Notes: a model not told the origin generated them from the letters alone. A stretch of DNA of 64,000 bases from an uncultured Acidobacteriota bacterium (GCA_963713825.1 CAVQNG010000001.1:32001-96000); one strand, 5' to 3'; positions 10,509-21,529 are shown, counted from the first letter of the stretch. Translations and numbers: made by a program.

Positions 10509-11459
10509 GTGCACCGAGTAGTCATCGACCTGGCTCTCTTCCGCATGGACGGAGATTCGATTGTGCGGCTTTCTTGGCAGGTTCTGAAACCATCTGTAGC
10601 CAGATTCAATGCCGCGGATGCGCCAACTCACTCGGCCGCATTGTCGTACTCGATGATCTTCTCTCTCCCGCCCATGCTGTTCATCATCCTCTGGGCCGCT
10701 AGCTTTTTCTCCGACGAGAGGCTCGTGCGAGAGGCAGTCTTTTCCGAGTTTGGAGGGCTGGTCGGTGAGGAGGGAGCAAGCCAGGTGATGGCAACGTTGG
10801 AAAGGATCGAGTTTCGTCGGCCTGGTTGGTGGGCTACCGCTGTCGCTGCGATTACCATGCTGTTGACCGCCTCCACGGTAATGGTCTCCGGGCAGAAGGC
10901 GCTCAACCGCATCTTCAGAGTTGAGTCTGATCAGCCAGCGAATCTGGGCCTCTGGCGATTCGTTCGTGACAGGGTGGTGTCCTTCGCGATGTTGGTGACG
11001 CTCGCCTTCATCCTGTCGGTCTCGTTGATACTCGGGACACTCGTCAACCATTTGGGGACATGGCTGGGGAACTGTATCGGGCCGCTGTCGGGCTGGGTGA
11101 CGGCCCTTGACTCGGCCCTGCTGGATCTCGGTGCCATGACGCTGCTGTTCGCAATGCTGTTCCGCTATCTGCCCGACATTCAGCTGCCCTGGAAAGAGAC
11201 CTGGTTGGGAGCCCTGCTGACGGCGGCCCTTTTCGCGGTCGGCAAGTCCCTGATCGGTCTGCTTATCGGCCGCAGCGAGATTGCCAGCCTGTACGACGCC
11301 GCAGGCAGCGTTCTTGTGCTCATGCTGTGGGTGTACTACGCTGCGGCCATCTTCCTCTTCGGAGCCAGCATCACCGCGGTCCGCGCCGAGATGTCGGAGA
11401 CGGCGGCAGGAGCCGTCAAAGCAGAATTCAGTGCCGGAATCAGGGCAGGAGGAGAGTAG
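10509..11459 (+). CDS. YihY/virulence factor BrkB family membrane protein
   Basis: AALSYSMIFSL.P, ALNRI, Y..AGS....LWVYY.A.I.L.GA motifs. Start may be ATG 10545. Confidence 0.88.
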   Translation: MHRVVIDLALFRMDGDSIVRLSWQVLKPSVARFNAADAPTHSAALSYSMIFSLPPMLFIILWAASFFSDERLVREAVFSEFGGLVGEEGASQVMATLERIEFRRPGWWATAVAAITMLLTASTVMVSGQKALNRIFRVESDQPANLGLWRFVRDRVVSFAMLVTLAFILSVSLILGTLVNHLGTWLGNCIGPLSGWVTALDSALLDLGAMTLLFAMLFRYLPDIQLPWKETWLGALLTAALFAVGKSLIGLLIGRSEIASLYDAAGSVLVLMLWVYYAAAIFLFGASITAVRAEMSETAAGAVKAEFSAGIRAGGE

Positions 11460-11488
11460 CCCAGCATGACGACCAGGAGGAAACGGCC

Positions 11489-11674
11489 ATGACACACGTT
11501 CGTATCATTCTCAACGGTAAAGGGGCCGCCAACCCTCAGGTTCGCGCGGCCATTGAGCGGATTCGAGAACAGGGGCAGACGCTCGAGGTGCGGGCCACCT
11601 GGGAAGGCGGCGACGCCGCCCGGTATGCGCAGAAGGCGCTGCACGATGGTGTGGGAGGTTCAAAGGCACAATGA
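11489..11674 (+). pseudogene. yegS: Truncated YegS lipid kinase (N-terminal ~55 aa only)
   Basis: RIILNGK...REQGQTLEVRATWEGGDAARY matches the YegS N-terminus; stops before the GGGDGT motif. Confidence 0.75.
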
Positions 11675-12264
11675 AGACGACGGCGACCTCGCGACCGTCC
11701 TTGGGTAGCCTGCTCAAACGATACAGGTGGCTGTATCTGCTGGGCTGGCTGTTTCTGGCCTTGATCGCGCTGCTCGCGCAGTGGCTGGGCCCGGCGCTAT
11801 TCGAGCAGCTGCGTTGGCTCGTGGATCAAGTGGCGCCGTCTGCGTCCCTGGGGTGGAAGATCGCGCTGGCTGTTGTCGCTTTGATGGTCGCTCCCATGGC
11901 GGCTGGCATCGTCGCCCAGTTCCTGCTGGGTTACCTCAAAGGGCGAAGCAGCTCGAATGCGCTCCTGCAGATGCAGGAGAAGCTGTTCGCCGAGATCGAA
12001 CCGGGCGACGAGCGCGGCTATCAGGTGGCCTTGCTCGCCTGGCCCAACCCTCAGGTTCGAACCCTGGCGCTGGTGACCGCCACGTTCGAAGAGTCGGCCA
12101 CTGGCCGTCAACTCGCCGCCGTCTATCTCCCCGGCACACCGGACCCGACCAAGGGCTCGATCAAGGTCGTCGCGCTGGACGACCTTACTCTCATCGGTTG
12201 GACCCTGGACGACGTCACCTCGTTCCACCTCACCTTCGGCTCGGTCAGCCCCGGAAGCTGCTGA
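11671..12264 (+). CDS. DUF502-like membrane protein, copy 1
   Basis: Two TM helices plus AVYLPGTPDPTKGS motif; paralogue of 20123-20710. Confidence 0.7.
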   Translation: MKTTATSRPSLGSLLKRYRWLYLLGWLFLALIALLAQWLGPALFEQLRWLVDQVAPSASLGWKIALAVVALMVAPMAAGIVAQFLLGYLKGRSSSNALLQMQEKLFAEIEPGDERGYQVALLAWPNPQVRTLALVTATFEESATGRQLAAVYLPGTPDPTKGSIKVVALDDLTLIGWTLDDVTSFHLTFGSVSPGSC

Positions 12265-12273
12265 GGCTCCCTC

Positions 12274-14727
12274 ATGAACGTCCAACGACTCGCGACAAAC
12301 TGCACCATCGGCGGCTGTCTGGCTGTCGCGCTATTGGCGGCGATAGCGGGGACGCCGGTCGCGGCCCAGAGCGAGCCCGAAATCGCGACGCTGCCACCCG
12401 ATTCGGCTGCCGGGCCGAGCCCGATCCCGGATGTCGACATCAGTGCCCGGTCCGCCTTGGCACGGGAGCTGGAACGGGGCGCCGAGTCGAAGATCACGCC
12501 GGATGAGCGCCTGACCCAGATCGAGCAGGCCTTGCCAGTCGAGCAGCAGCGCATCGCCGCGCTGGTAGGGCAGACCGACGAGCTCCTCGAGACCGCCGGG
12601 AGCACGTCGCTGATCCGGGAGACCGAAAAGGCCTCGGTGCGGTCCCGAGACCGTCTCGACCGCTGGATGCGGGACCTCTCGGCGCGCACGAATGCCCGGG
12701 CATCGACGCTCGAGGAGCTGCAGGAGGAACGGTCGGTCTGGGAGCTGACGCGGGACCTCGAGCGCGAGGACCCGCTGCCCGAAGCGCTGGAGAACGAGAT
12801 CACGGAGGTCATCGATCTCCTTCGGGCCGGCGAAACCCGCGCCCGCACGGCAAGAGATTCGGTGCTCGCGCTGCAAGCCAGTATCGCGCGGCAGCAGAGC
12901 GTGCTCGAGGAGATCCTAACGCGTCAGCGAGAAGAGGTCTCGCGGCGCACAACGGCGATCTTCGAGGTCGACAGCCCTCCGTTGTGGAAGGTGCTGCGCG
13001 CCCCTGCCGAGCGGGGAGGGGTTGTCGATCAGGTCCGGATTCTCGTGCAGCGGCAGTGGCAGGACCTGCGCGGCTACGTCGCCGAGGAGGGAGCCCGCCT
13101 GTCTGCCTGGTTGTTTCTCTGGGTTGCCCTGGCGGCCTTGCTGATCTCTTTGCGCCACCGGTCGAAGGCGTGGGTGCAGAAGGATCCGTCGCTGGATCGA
13201 GCGGTCTCCTTGCTCGATCGGCCGATTGCCGCAGCGGCGGTGCTGATTCTGGCCCTGACCAACATCGTCGACATCCAGGCACCCACGGCTTGGTTGGACG
13301 TGCTCAACCTGGTACTGGTGTTGGCCCTGCTGTTCTTGCTCCTCGGGGTGTTGGACAAGTCCCTGCACCGCATGCTGTATCTCCTGATCCCGCTCTACTT
13401 CTTCTTCCAACTGGTCAATCTGGCGCCGGTCGCATCCCTCGTCCACCGCCTGGCCATCCTGGCCTTGGGCCTCGTCGGGGTCGTGTACTGCGTCTGGTTC
13501 TTGCGGGTCTTGCGCGCAGACCCCGATCGGTTACCACCGGCCTGGCAGCGAGCTCTGGAGCGCGGGATGCGCCTGGCGATCTTGCTCTACGCCGCGGGAA
13601 TGATCGCCAACGTTCTCGGTAGCGTTCGCCTGGGAGCCTTGGCCGTCGTGGGAACCACCGATGCGGTCTTCACCGGGATTATCCTCTGGGTCGTCAGCGC
13701 GCTCTTGCGATCCATTGTCCGCGTCACCCTCGTCACCAAGAGCGCACATCGTCTCGGCATCGCCCCTGAGCACACGGATGCGGTGCGCGACCAGCTGTTT
13801 CGCCTGATCAGCCTGGTCGCCGTGATCGTCTTCGGTGTCTTTGCTCTCAGAGGCTTCACGCTCTACGAGCCGGTGGCAGACAGGGTCAGGAGCATCCTGG
13901 GCGCCGAGCTCTCCATCGGTGAGTTCTCGCTCAGCTTGGGGGCTGTCCTGACCTTCGTCCTCATCATCTGGCTGTCGGCCAAGCTTGCGGCGCTGGTGGA
14001 ATTCGTGCTCGGCAAGCTCCTCCTGCCACGGACGCGGTTGTCGCAGGGAGCAGCGCATGCTGTCTCTCGGGTCAGCCGCTACACCGTGATCTTCTTCGGC
14101 TTGCTGGTGGCCATCAAGGCCCTCGGCTTCGATATCAGTCAGGCGGCGATCGTGGCGGGCGGTCTCGGGGTCGGCATCGGCTTCGGCCTCCAAAACGTGG
14201 TCAGCAACTTCGTCTCCGGCCTGATCCTGCTCTTCGAGCGGCCGATCCGGGTGGGCGACATCATCGAGGTGGGGACGACGAGCGGCCAAGTGATAGAGAT
14301 CGGCATGCGGGCCACTGTGGTCAGTACCTGGAGGGGCTCGGAGCTGATCGTCCCCAACTCCAAGCTCATCGCTTCGGATGTCGACAACTGGACCTTGCAT
14401 CACGATCGGCGACGGCTCGAGATCCCGGTCGGGGTCGCGTACGGCACCGATCCGGAGGTCGTGGCGAAGCTGCTCGTAGATATAGCAGCGCGTCACCCCA
14501 GGATCGACGCCTTCCCCGAGCCGCAATGTCTTTTCCTGGGATTCGGCGAGAGCTCGCTGGATTTCCAGCTACGCGCCTGGGCAGAGGCAGGCGAATACTT
14601 CGGGATCGAGAGCGAGCTGCGGTTCACCATTACCCGAGCTCTGGACGAAGCCGGCATCACGATCCCCTTCCCGCAACGCGACCTGCACCTCCATCCCGCG
14701 GGCGGGCAGCTGCCGGCCGATTCCTGA
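12274..14727 (+). CDS. Large MscS-family mechanosensitive channel (MscK/MscM-like)
   Basis: Periplasmic coiled coil, many TMs, GIGFGLQNVVSNFVSGLILLFERPIRVGD, IVPNS, IPFPQRDLHL. Confidence 0.92.
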   Translation: MNVQRLATNCTIGGCLAVALLAAIAGTPVAAQSEPEIATLPPDSAAGPSPIPDVDISARSALARELERGAESKITPDERLTQIEQALPVEQQRIAALVGQTDELLETAGSTSLIRETEKASVRSRDRLDRWMRDLSARTNARASTLEELQEERSVWELTRDLEREDPLPEALENEITEVIDLLRAGETRARTARDSVLALQASIARQQSVLEEILTRQREEVSRRTTAIFEVDSPPLWKVLRAPAERGGVVDQVRILVQRQWQDLRGYVAEEGARLSAWLFLWVALAALLISLRHRSKAWVQKDPSLDRAVSLLDRPIAAAAVLILALTNIVDIQAPTAWLDVLNLVLVLALLFLLLGVLDKSLHRMLYLLIPLYFFFQLVNLAPVASLVHRLAILALGLVGVVYCVWFLRVLRADPDRLPPAWQRALERGMRLAILLYAAGMIANVLGSVRLGALAVVGTTDAVFTGIILWVVSALLRSIVRVTLVTKSAHRLGIAPEHTDAVRDQLFRLISLVAVIVFGVFALRGFTLYEPVADRVRSILGAELSIGEFSLSLGAVLTFVLIIWLSAKLAALVEFVLGKLLLPRTRLSQGAAHAVSRVSRYTVIFFGLLVAIKALGFDISQAAIVAGGLGVGIGFGLQNVVSNFVSGLILLFERPIRVGDIIEVGTTSGQVIEIGMRATVVSTWRGSELIVPNSKLIASDVDNWTLHHDRRRLEIPVGVAYGTDPEVVAKLLVDIAARHPRIDAFPEPQCLFLGFGESSLDFQLRAWAEAGEYFGIESELRFTITRALDEAGITIPFPQRDLHLHPAGGQLPADS

Positions 14728-14744
14728 CCCGACCCGGATCCGAA

Positions 14745-14812
14745 CCCCCTCATTTCCCCCTCGATTCCCACTTGTTTCAAGGGATTCGTAGTGATCTGCG
14801 GTGCATCAGCAT
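14745..14812 (+). promoter_or_regulatory. Conserved C-rich activator box/promoter, copy 3
   Basis: CCCCTCATTTCCCCCTCGATTCCCACTTGTTTCAAGGGATTCG-N18-CAGCAT. Confidence 0.75.
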
Positions 14813-14877
14813 AAATAGCACTGCGAATCTCATCTGGCGGAGTCAAGCGCCCAGACAGGACCGTAAGGAGGACGATC

Positions 14878-16479
14878 ATGGATGAGTATCGAAGCAAGAC
14901 GTGGCGGCAGGTCACCTGGATTGCGGGTGTATGGGTGCTGGTGGCCGCGAGTCTGATCGCCGTCGGCTGTGCACCTCAGGGGTCGCCTGAAGGTGAAACC
15001 ACTGCAGCGGCAGCGGCCGAGCCGGCGCCACCGACCCAGATGAAGATGACCACGGCAATTCCGGAATCGATCACCACTCCGGACAGGGTGGAAACCTCCA
15101 TCGGGACCTTCGAGTTCTTCGATGGCGTGCCCACCAAGAAGAGCACGGAAATGGCCTATGACTTTTTGGACAAGGTCAATGCCTACAAGGCACTTCTCAG
15201 CACCATTCCCACCGTTTCCATCAACGAGCTGCGCCGGGGCCAGGCGGCGGTCGGTGCGAAGACCAGCAACCAGATCTGCATCTACGACACGCTGATGGAT
15301 TCGAAGTCGCTCGTCCTGACCGGGAACACCTCCACCATGTATGCGCTGGGCTTCCTCGACCTGGAGAAGGACGGCCCCACGGTGATCGAGCTGCCGCCCG
15401 GCATGCTCGGCGTGCTCAACGACATGGGCTTCCTGCACATGACGGACCTCGGTGCGGCCGGCCCCGACAAGGGCAAGGGCGGCAAATACCTGGTGCTGCC
15501 TCCCGGCTACGAGGGTGACGTGCCCAAAGGCTATTTCGTCGTGCAGTCCAAGACCTACAACGTCTGGAACTTCATGCGCGGCTACCTGGACAAAGGCGTG
15601 AAAGCGGCGTCCGACAATATCCGCAACAACCTCAAGGTCTATCCACTGAGCCGCGCCGCGGATCAGCCGACCATGGAGTTCATCAATGTCTCCGGCAAAG
15701 AGATGAACACCGTTCTCCCGACGGATTACACCTTCTTTGAGCGCATCAACGAGGTGGTCCAGAAAGAGCCGGAAGGCTTTCTCGACCTCGAGGTCCTCGG
15801 CCTGTTGCGGTCCATCGGCATCGTCAAGGGTCAGCCCTTCAATCCGGATGCCCGCATGAAGGCAATCCTGACCGATGCGGCAGCCATCGCAGAGGCCACG
15901 GCGCGGACCATCACTTACTACCCGCGCGTGGCCGGTCAATACGCCTGGGGCGACATGGAAGGGGCCTGGGTCGTACCGTTTGCCGATAATGATTCCACCT
16001 GGATCGAAAACAGCGCCCGGAAGATCGAGAACCAGATCTACTACCACTACAACTGCATCGTGGTGACGCCGGCGATGGCCGCGGCTCCGGATCCTGGCAA
16101 GGGCTCCGAGTACGTATTTGCCTCGCTGGACACGGAGAAGAAGATCCTGGAGGGCTCCAAGAGCTACAAGATGACCCTGCCCGCGAATGTCCCCGTTGCG
16201 GACTTCTGGGCAATCACCCTCTACGACACGCAGACGCGCTCGCAGCTGCAGACCGACCAGCAGTTTCCGACGCTGGACACCTACACCGAAGGGTTGCAGA
16301 AGAACGAGGACGGCTCGTACACCATCTATTTCGGGCCCGAGGCACCCGCGGGCCAGGAAAGCAACTGGCTTCAGACCATTCCCGGCAAGAGCTGGTTCAT
16401 TGCCCTGCGTATCTATGGACCCGAACAGCCCTGGATCGAAGGCGCATGGCGGCCGAGCGACGTCGAGCTGGTCGCATAA
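14878..16479 (+). CDS. DUF1254/DUF1214 lipoprotein, paralogue 1
   Basis: LT.NT.T.Y..GFLDL..GP.VIE.P, GPDKGKGGKYL.LPP, DFWAITLYD, N.DGS..IYFGP, NW..T.PG; lipobox AVGC. Confidence 0.9.
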   Translation: MDEYRSKTWRQVTWIAGVWVLVAASLIAVGCAPQGSPEGETTAAAAAEPAPPTQMKMTTAIPESITTPDRVETSIGTFEFFDGVPTKKSTEMAYDFLDKVNAYKALLSTIPTVSINELRRGQAAVGAKTSNQICIYDTLMDSKSLVLTGNTSTMYALGFLDLEKDGPTVIELPPGMLGVLNDMGFLHMTDLGAAGPDKGKGGKYLVLPPGYEGDVPKGYFVVQSKTYNVWNFMRGYLDKGVKAASDNIRNNLKVYPLSRAADQPTMEFINVSGKEMNTVLPTDYTFFERINEVVQKEPEGFLDLEVLGLLRSIGIVKGQPFNPDARMKAILTDAAAIAEATARTITYYPRVAGQYAWGDMEGAWVVPFADNDSTWIENSARKIENQIYYHYNCIVVTPAMAAAPDPGKGSEYVFASLDTEKKILEGSKSYKMTLPANVPVADFWAITLYDTQTRSQLQTDQQFPTLDTYTEGLQKNEDGSYTIYFGPEAPAGQESNWLQTIPGKSWFIALRIYGPEQPWIEGAWRPSDVELVA

Positions 16480-16493
16480 GAACCCAGGACGTT

Positions 16494-16522
16494 TAGAGGG
16501 CGGGGTTTATCCCCGCCCTCTA
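16494..16522. repeat. REP-like GC-rich palindrome
   Basis: TAGAGGGCGGGG-TTTAT-CCCCGCCCTCTA; reads GTAG-foot on the minus strand. Confidence 0.55.
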
Positions 16523-16652
16523 CAACGACCCGAGAATGAGAGATGAAATACAACGAAGTCACTGAGAACCGCCCTGGCCGTATTGACGGCCTTCTGCTTG
16601 ATCGGCGCCGCATCGCCGAGCCCGAGAGCTGATCTGAAAGGAACCGTTGTCG

Positions 16653-17491
16653 ATGAAAATCACATCACCCATCAAGGTTGTCTTGGCCGGGCTGGTAGCG
16701 GCCGGGCTGGCGCTTCCGGTCCAGGCGCAGGAGGACAACACCGGCACCAACCCGGTCAACTTCACCTACGACTTCCGGCTGTATGCCGAGATGGCGAGCC
16801 TGCCGATCGACGACAGCTCGCTGATCACCAACACCGTCGAGCTCCGCTGGCCCTTCGGCCGCGACGTCGCCAACCTCAAGGGGGTGGGAGCCGGCAGCTT
16901 GTACCACGACCTGGGCAGTCGGTTCGGGACGCGCGTCCGGGCACGCTACTCGAACCTCAGCGTCGACGTGCCGGGTTCGAATACGTACACGCGTCTCGGG
17001 GATCGGCGATATGGATGCGCGGCTTCTGTACCTGCCGTACATCGGCAAGAAGACGATCCTCGCGGTCGGTCTCGAGGGCTTCTTCGCCACCGCTACCAAC
17101 GACGCCCTCGGGTCCGGCAGGACCTCGCTCGGACCGACCGTGATCGGGGTCTTTCCCGGTCTGGTTGGCCGCGGGAAGCCTTTTCGCGCCCGCCTACCAG
17201 TACGTGTTCGACGTCGGCGGCTCGAGCGATCGCGCCGACATCAGCCGCAGCCAGCTCGACCTCTACTTCGTGTGGACGCTTGCCGGCGGCAAGAACTGGC
17301 TGATCGTCGATCCGCAGGTCATCTTCGACCACGAGAACGACAGGACACCGGCGCTGACAGAGATCGAGTGGGGCTTCATGATCGCGCCCAAGGTCGGCAT
17401 CAGTGGCTGGCTGCGCCCAGGGGCCGGGATCGGCGCAGACCGGCTCTACGACTGGAACCTCGAGGCGGGCATCAAGTTCGTCTGGCGGTGA
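16653..17491 (+). pseudogene. Exported beta-barrel-like protein interrupted by two +1 frameshifts (~17000, ~17175)
   Basis: Signal peptide and DNTGTNP in frame 16647, continues in 17011 (DARLLYLPY...ALGSG) then 17165 (FAPAYQY...AGIKFVWR). Confidence 0.65.
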
Positions 17492-17716
17492 GGAAGCGAA
17501 GGGTCAACGAATCAAGAGTTGGAGGTAGAGATGAAGCAGTCGCTCGAGGAGCACCCGCACCCACCCGGGGTTTCCTTGACGGAAACCGGGCCATAGAGGC
17601 GACGATGACCCTTGATTCGCAATCGGTGCGCAGGCTGAATGTTCCGCCGGCCTTGTCCGACCCGGAATACTCGGCCTACTCGTTGAGAAAAGATTGAAAG
17701 GAGAAGGAGAGATACT

Positions 17717-19194
17717 ATGAAAAACAAAATTACCAACCGAACCCTGCTGGCAGGACTGCTGGCAATCGCGCTGATATCTTCCGCTGGTGCGGCCGATAAG
17801 CCCAATGTAGTAATTATGCTGTCAGACAACATGGGATACGGTGACTTAGGCAGCTACGGCAGCGGCGGTGAGCTTCGGGGCATGCCGACGCCACGCATCG
17901 ACCAGCTGGCAAGCGAAGGGCTCATGCTCACTCAGTTTTTCGTGGAGCCGGGCTGTACACCGACCCGCGCGGCTTTGCTGACAGGCAGATATTCTCAACG
18001 TGCAGGATTGGGAAGCATTATTATTGCCGGTACACCCAGCACACTTCAGGATAGTGAGGTGACGCTTGCCGAACTGTTCAAATCAAAAGACTACGCCACT
18101 GCCATTGTGGGTAAATGGCATCTGGGTGAAGAAAAGCAAAGCCTGCCCATTCACCAGGGCTTTGATGAATACCATGTTGGGATTTTACAAACCACCGACG
18201 GTACATTGTATCCGGATGGTATGCGTAGAAGCGGTATACCGGAGGCAGAAATTGCCAAATCGCAATGCCTCTATCTGGGAATCAGAACCCGGAAAGGATG
18301 TGTTGAAAAAGGTCCGTCCCTACGATCTTGAATACAGGCGGCATATCGAAGGTGACATAGCGCAAGCCTCCGTGAAGTACATCAAAGAACAGGCAAAAGA
18401 AAAGAAACCATTCTTTCTTTATGTGGGATGGTCACATGTGCATTATCCGGCCTTGCCTCATCCCGACTTTGAAGGGAAATCGAGTGCCGGGCTTTTTGGT
18501 GATGCTGTGATGGAACTTGACTACCGTACAGGACAGGTGCTTGACGCCATAAAGGAGGCCGGCATTGAAGACAACACCATCGTTATATGGCTTTCCGACA
18601 ATGGGCCGGCTACAACCCAGGGGTCCAACAACGATTTCCTGGGCAGTTCACCCGGACCGTTCCGTGGAGAGGTTGGTGATGCACTTGAGGGGTCACTGCG
18701 CGTTCCGGGAATGATCAAATGGCCAGAAAAGATCAAACCGGCGAAGAGCAACGAGATGGTAGCTATCCACGACTTTTACCCTACATTGGCCAATATTATC
18801 GGGGCTAAAGTACCAACTGACCGTGCCATTGATGGCGTCGATCAGGGTGATTTCTTCCTAGGCAAAAACAAGCAGTCAGCGCGCGAAAGCCTGATCACGT
18901 TCATGGAAGGCGAGGTTGCTGCAGTGCGCTGGAAGCAGTGGCGGATTTATCCAAAGCAATTCATTTCATCTGCTGGCAACCCGTCCCTCATGGGCGTGGG
19001 CGGCTATCGTGCCGAGGGGATGGGTTATCCTTCTATTTATAATATTGCCCGTGATCCACGGGAACAATGGAACCAGAGTTGCAGTCTCTGCCTTTGTGCT
19101 CGGACCGTATATGAAGATTGTGGGCGAATACCAGAAGTCACTGGAAAAATATCCCAATCCACCAGCCTTCAGCATGACAAAATTTGCGAAGTAA
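17717..19194 (+). pseudogene. Arylsulfatase split by two +1 frameshifts (~18265, ~19075)
   Basis: CTPTRAALLTGR and GKWHLG in ORF 17717; PFFLY, SDNG, EGSLRVP in ORF 18066; C-terminus in ORF 18916-19194. More A/T-rich than its flanks. Confidence 0.85.
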
Positions 19195-19323
19195 CGAGGG
19201 CAAGAAAGCATTGCATGCTGCGCCGGGGATTATCCTTGGCGCAGCATACATGACTAAAAAAGAAAATTGGAGTCTTAATAATGTCAAACATCCTCAAGGC
19301 GATGGGGCAGGAACGGGCTCATA

Positions 19324-20074
19324 CGATCCCGATGAACGCGGCTCCCTGGACGCCAATGCGTACGCGATTGCCATCACGTGGGTGGCCGAGAAGACCCTCC
19401 TGGGCGGCAACTACGGCTTCGGGATCTTCCCCGCCTTCACCGACAACAAGTTCGAGGTCCCCATTCTCACCCTCCAGGAAAAGGTCGATACCGGCCTCAC
19501 CGATGTGTACATCCAGCCCATCACCCTTGGTTGGCACAAGAAGCGCGCCGACTACATCGCCGGCCTCGGAATCTACGCCCCCACTGGCAGGTACGCCCCG
19601 GACGCCGACGACAACCTCGGCATGGGGATGTGGAGCTTCGAGCTCTTTGGAGGCACCACGCTCTACTTCGACGACGCCAAGAGTTGGCACTTCGCCACCA
19701 CCGCCTTCTACGAGACCCACACTGACAAGGAGGACACGGACCTCAGGGTTGGAGACATCCTGACCCTCGAAGGCGGCCTCGGCAAATCCTGGATGCAGGG
19801 CGCGTTGACCGCGGGCATCGCCTACTTCGCGCAGTGGAAGGTCACCGACGACCAGGCGGGCGAGCTCCAGCCGATTTTCGATGAGCTTCAACTCGGCAGG
19901 CATCGCGGCTACGGCATCGGACCGGAGGTCACCATCCCCATCGCCACCAAGAAGAAGTTGATCGGCTTCATCAACGCTCGATTTCTCTGGGAGAATGGGA
20001 TCCGCAGCCAACTGGAGGGGACCGTCTTCACTCTCGCCGCATCGTTCCCGATCCCCAGTATCGCGCTACAGTAG
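19324..20074 (+). pseudogene. 5'-truncated SphA-family channel, close paralogue of 8699-9670
   Basis: From DPDERGSLDANAY to FPIPSIALQ it closely matches the first copy; lacks the signal peptide and ~70 N-terminal aa. Confidence 0.75.
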
Positions 20075-20122
20075 AGGAAAGCGGTCTCTCACCCCAATGA
20101 CCAAGACGGACCGGAGTGCCTA

Positions 20123-20710
20123 ATGGGAAAGAAGCTTCAACGTCGCTCACCAGAGGAAAGGCGCAAGCGAATCCAGTGGCTCTACCTGCTCGGCTGGATC
20201 TTTCTGGCTGTAATTGGACTCATAGTCAATTGGGTGGGCGTACAGCTATTCGAGCAACTGGACTGGCTCGTGCAGTGGCTGGTGCCGTCTGGGTCCTTGG
20301 CGTGGAAGATCGCAGTGGGTGTGATCCTCCTCATCGCAGTGCCTCTGGCGGCCGGCACGTTCGCGCAGTTCCTCATGGAGTTCTTCCATGGGCGGCGCAA
20401 CGTGGACGCGCTGATGCAGATGCAGCAGAAGCTCTTCGCGGAGTTGGAGCCCGGCGATCAGGGGTATCGGGTGGCACTGGTCGACACTCCCAATGCGAGT
20501 GTGAGGTCTCTGGCGGTCGTCACCGGTACCTTTGAGGAATCCGAGACGGGCCGCGAACTGGCCGCCATCTTTCTTCCCAACACCCCAGATCCGACAAAAG
20601 GCTCGATGCGAGTCGTGCCAGTGGAGGATCTTTCCTTCACCGGCTGGACGGTGGACGACCTCACCACCTTCCATCTCACCTTCGGATCGGTCAGTCCAAG
20701 AACCTGCTGA
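20123..20710 (+). CDS. DUF502-like membrane protein, copy 2
   Basis: WLYLLGW, AIFLPNTPDPTKGS and FHLTFGSVSP shared with 11671-12264. Confidence 0.7.
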   Translation: MGKKLQRRSPEERRKRIQWLYLLGWIFLAVIGLIVNWVGVQLFEQLDWLVQWLVPSGSLAWKIAVGVILLIAVPLAAGTFAQFLMEFFHGRRNVDALMQMQQKLFAELEPGDQGYRVALVDTPNASVRSLAVVTGTFEESETGRELAAIFLPNTPDPTKGSMRVVPVEDLSFTGWTVDDLTTFHLTFGSVSPRTC

Positions 20711-20805
20711 GATCTGCGCTCGGCACTCTGCGTGGCCTTGCTCTGCAGTCAGGAGAGTCGTAGAATGACTCATTGTGAGTCACTAATGACTCGAGCGATG
20801 AACGG

Positions 20806-21078
20806 ATGCCGACCATGAAACAGCTGACAATTCGAGGATTCGACGAGCCGCTCGAAAGACGCTTACGAGAGATGGCTCGGGAGCAGGGAATCTCGCTCAA
20901 TCGGGCCGCGCTGGCGCTCATGCGCCGAGGTGCCGGTGTGTCCGAGAGCCGTGATGCGATCGACACGGTGGGCTCCGGCTTGGACAGCTTTATAGGCGTC
21001 TGGTCCGACGAGGACGAGGCGGAGCTCCTAGAGGCCCTCGAGCCGCTCGAGCAGATCGACCCCGAGCTCTGGTCGTGA
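20806..21078 (+). CDS. vapB: VapB/FitA-like ribbon-helix-helix antitoxin
   Basis: MKQLTIRG...L..A...G.SLN; overlaps the PIN toxin by 4 bp. Confidence 0.8.
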   Translation: MPTMKQLTIRGFDEPLERRLREMAREQGISLNRAALALMRRGAGVSESRDAIDTVGSGLDSFIGVWSDEDEAELLEALEPLEQIDPELWS

Positions 21079-21527
21079 GGATTGCTCTCGACACGAACGC
21101 CTACTCGGCCCTGATGAGGGGCCACCGGGATGTCGCGGTATTGATTCGCCGCTCGGAGGTAGTTCTGGTCCCTGCCGTCGTGGTCGGTGAGCTCATCTAC
21201 GGGTTTCGGCTCGGCTCTCGCTTCGAGGAGAACGCTGCCAGGCTCGAGGCATTTCTCTCAGCTCCTTCCGTGGACCTGCTGCCAGTTACCTTCAGCACCG
21301 CGGATCGGTTCGGCCGCATAGCGGCAGCTCTTCGGCAAAAGGGCACCCCGATACCGACGAACGACATTTGGATCGCGGCCCAGGCTATGGAGGTGGGCGC
21401 GGATCTCCTGTCCTCGGACTCTCACTTCGGCGCGGTCGATGGCCTGGCGTGGCTGGCCTTCTCGTCTACGGAAGAGGACAGTGTGCGCGAGCGGGTCTGG
21501 AAGTATCACGCCGGCCAGGCTCCCTGA
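21075..21527 (+). CDS. vapC: VapC PIN-domain toxin
   Basis: LDTNAYS, GEL, IPTNDIWIAA, SSDSHF. Confidence 0.9.
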   Translation: MRIALDTNAYSALMRGHRDVAVLIRRSEVVLVPAVVVGELIYGFRLGSRFEENAARLEAFLSAPSVDLLPVTFSTADRFGRIAAALRQKGTPIPTNDIWIAAQAMEVGADLLSSDSHFGAVDGLAWLAFSSTEEDSVRERVWKYHAGQAP

Positions 21528-21529
21528 GC

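Noticed and set aside
14830-16047. 405-aa minus-strand ORF and similar ORFs opposite the DUF1254 genes
   Set aside because: Antisense shadows without recognisable domains.
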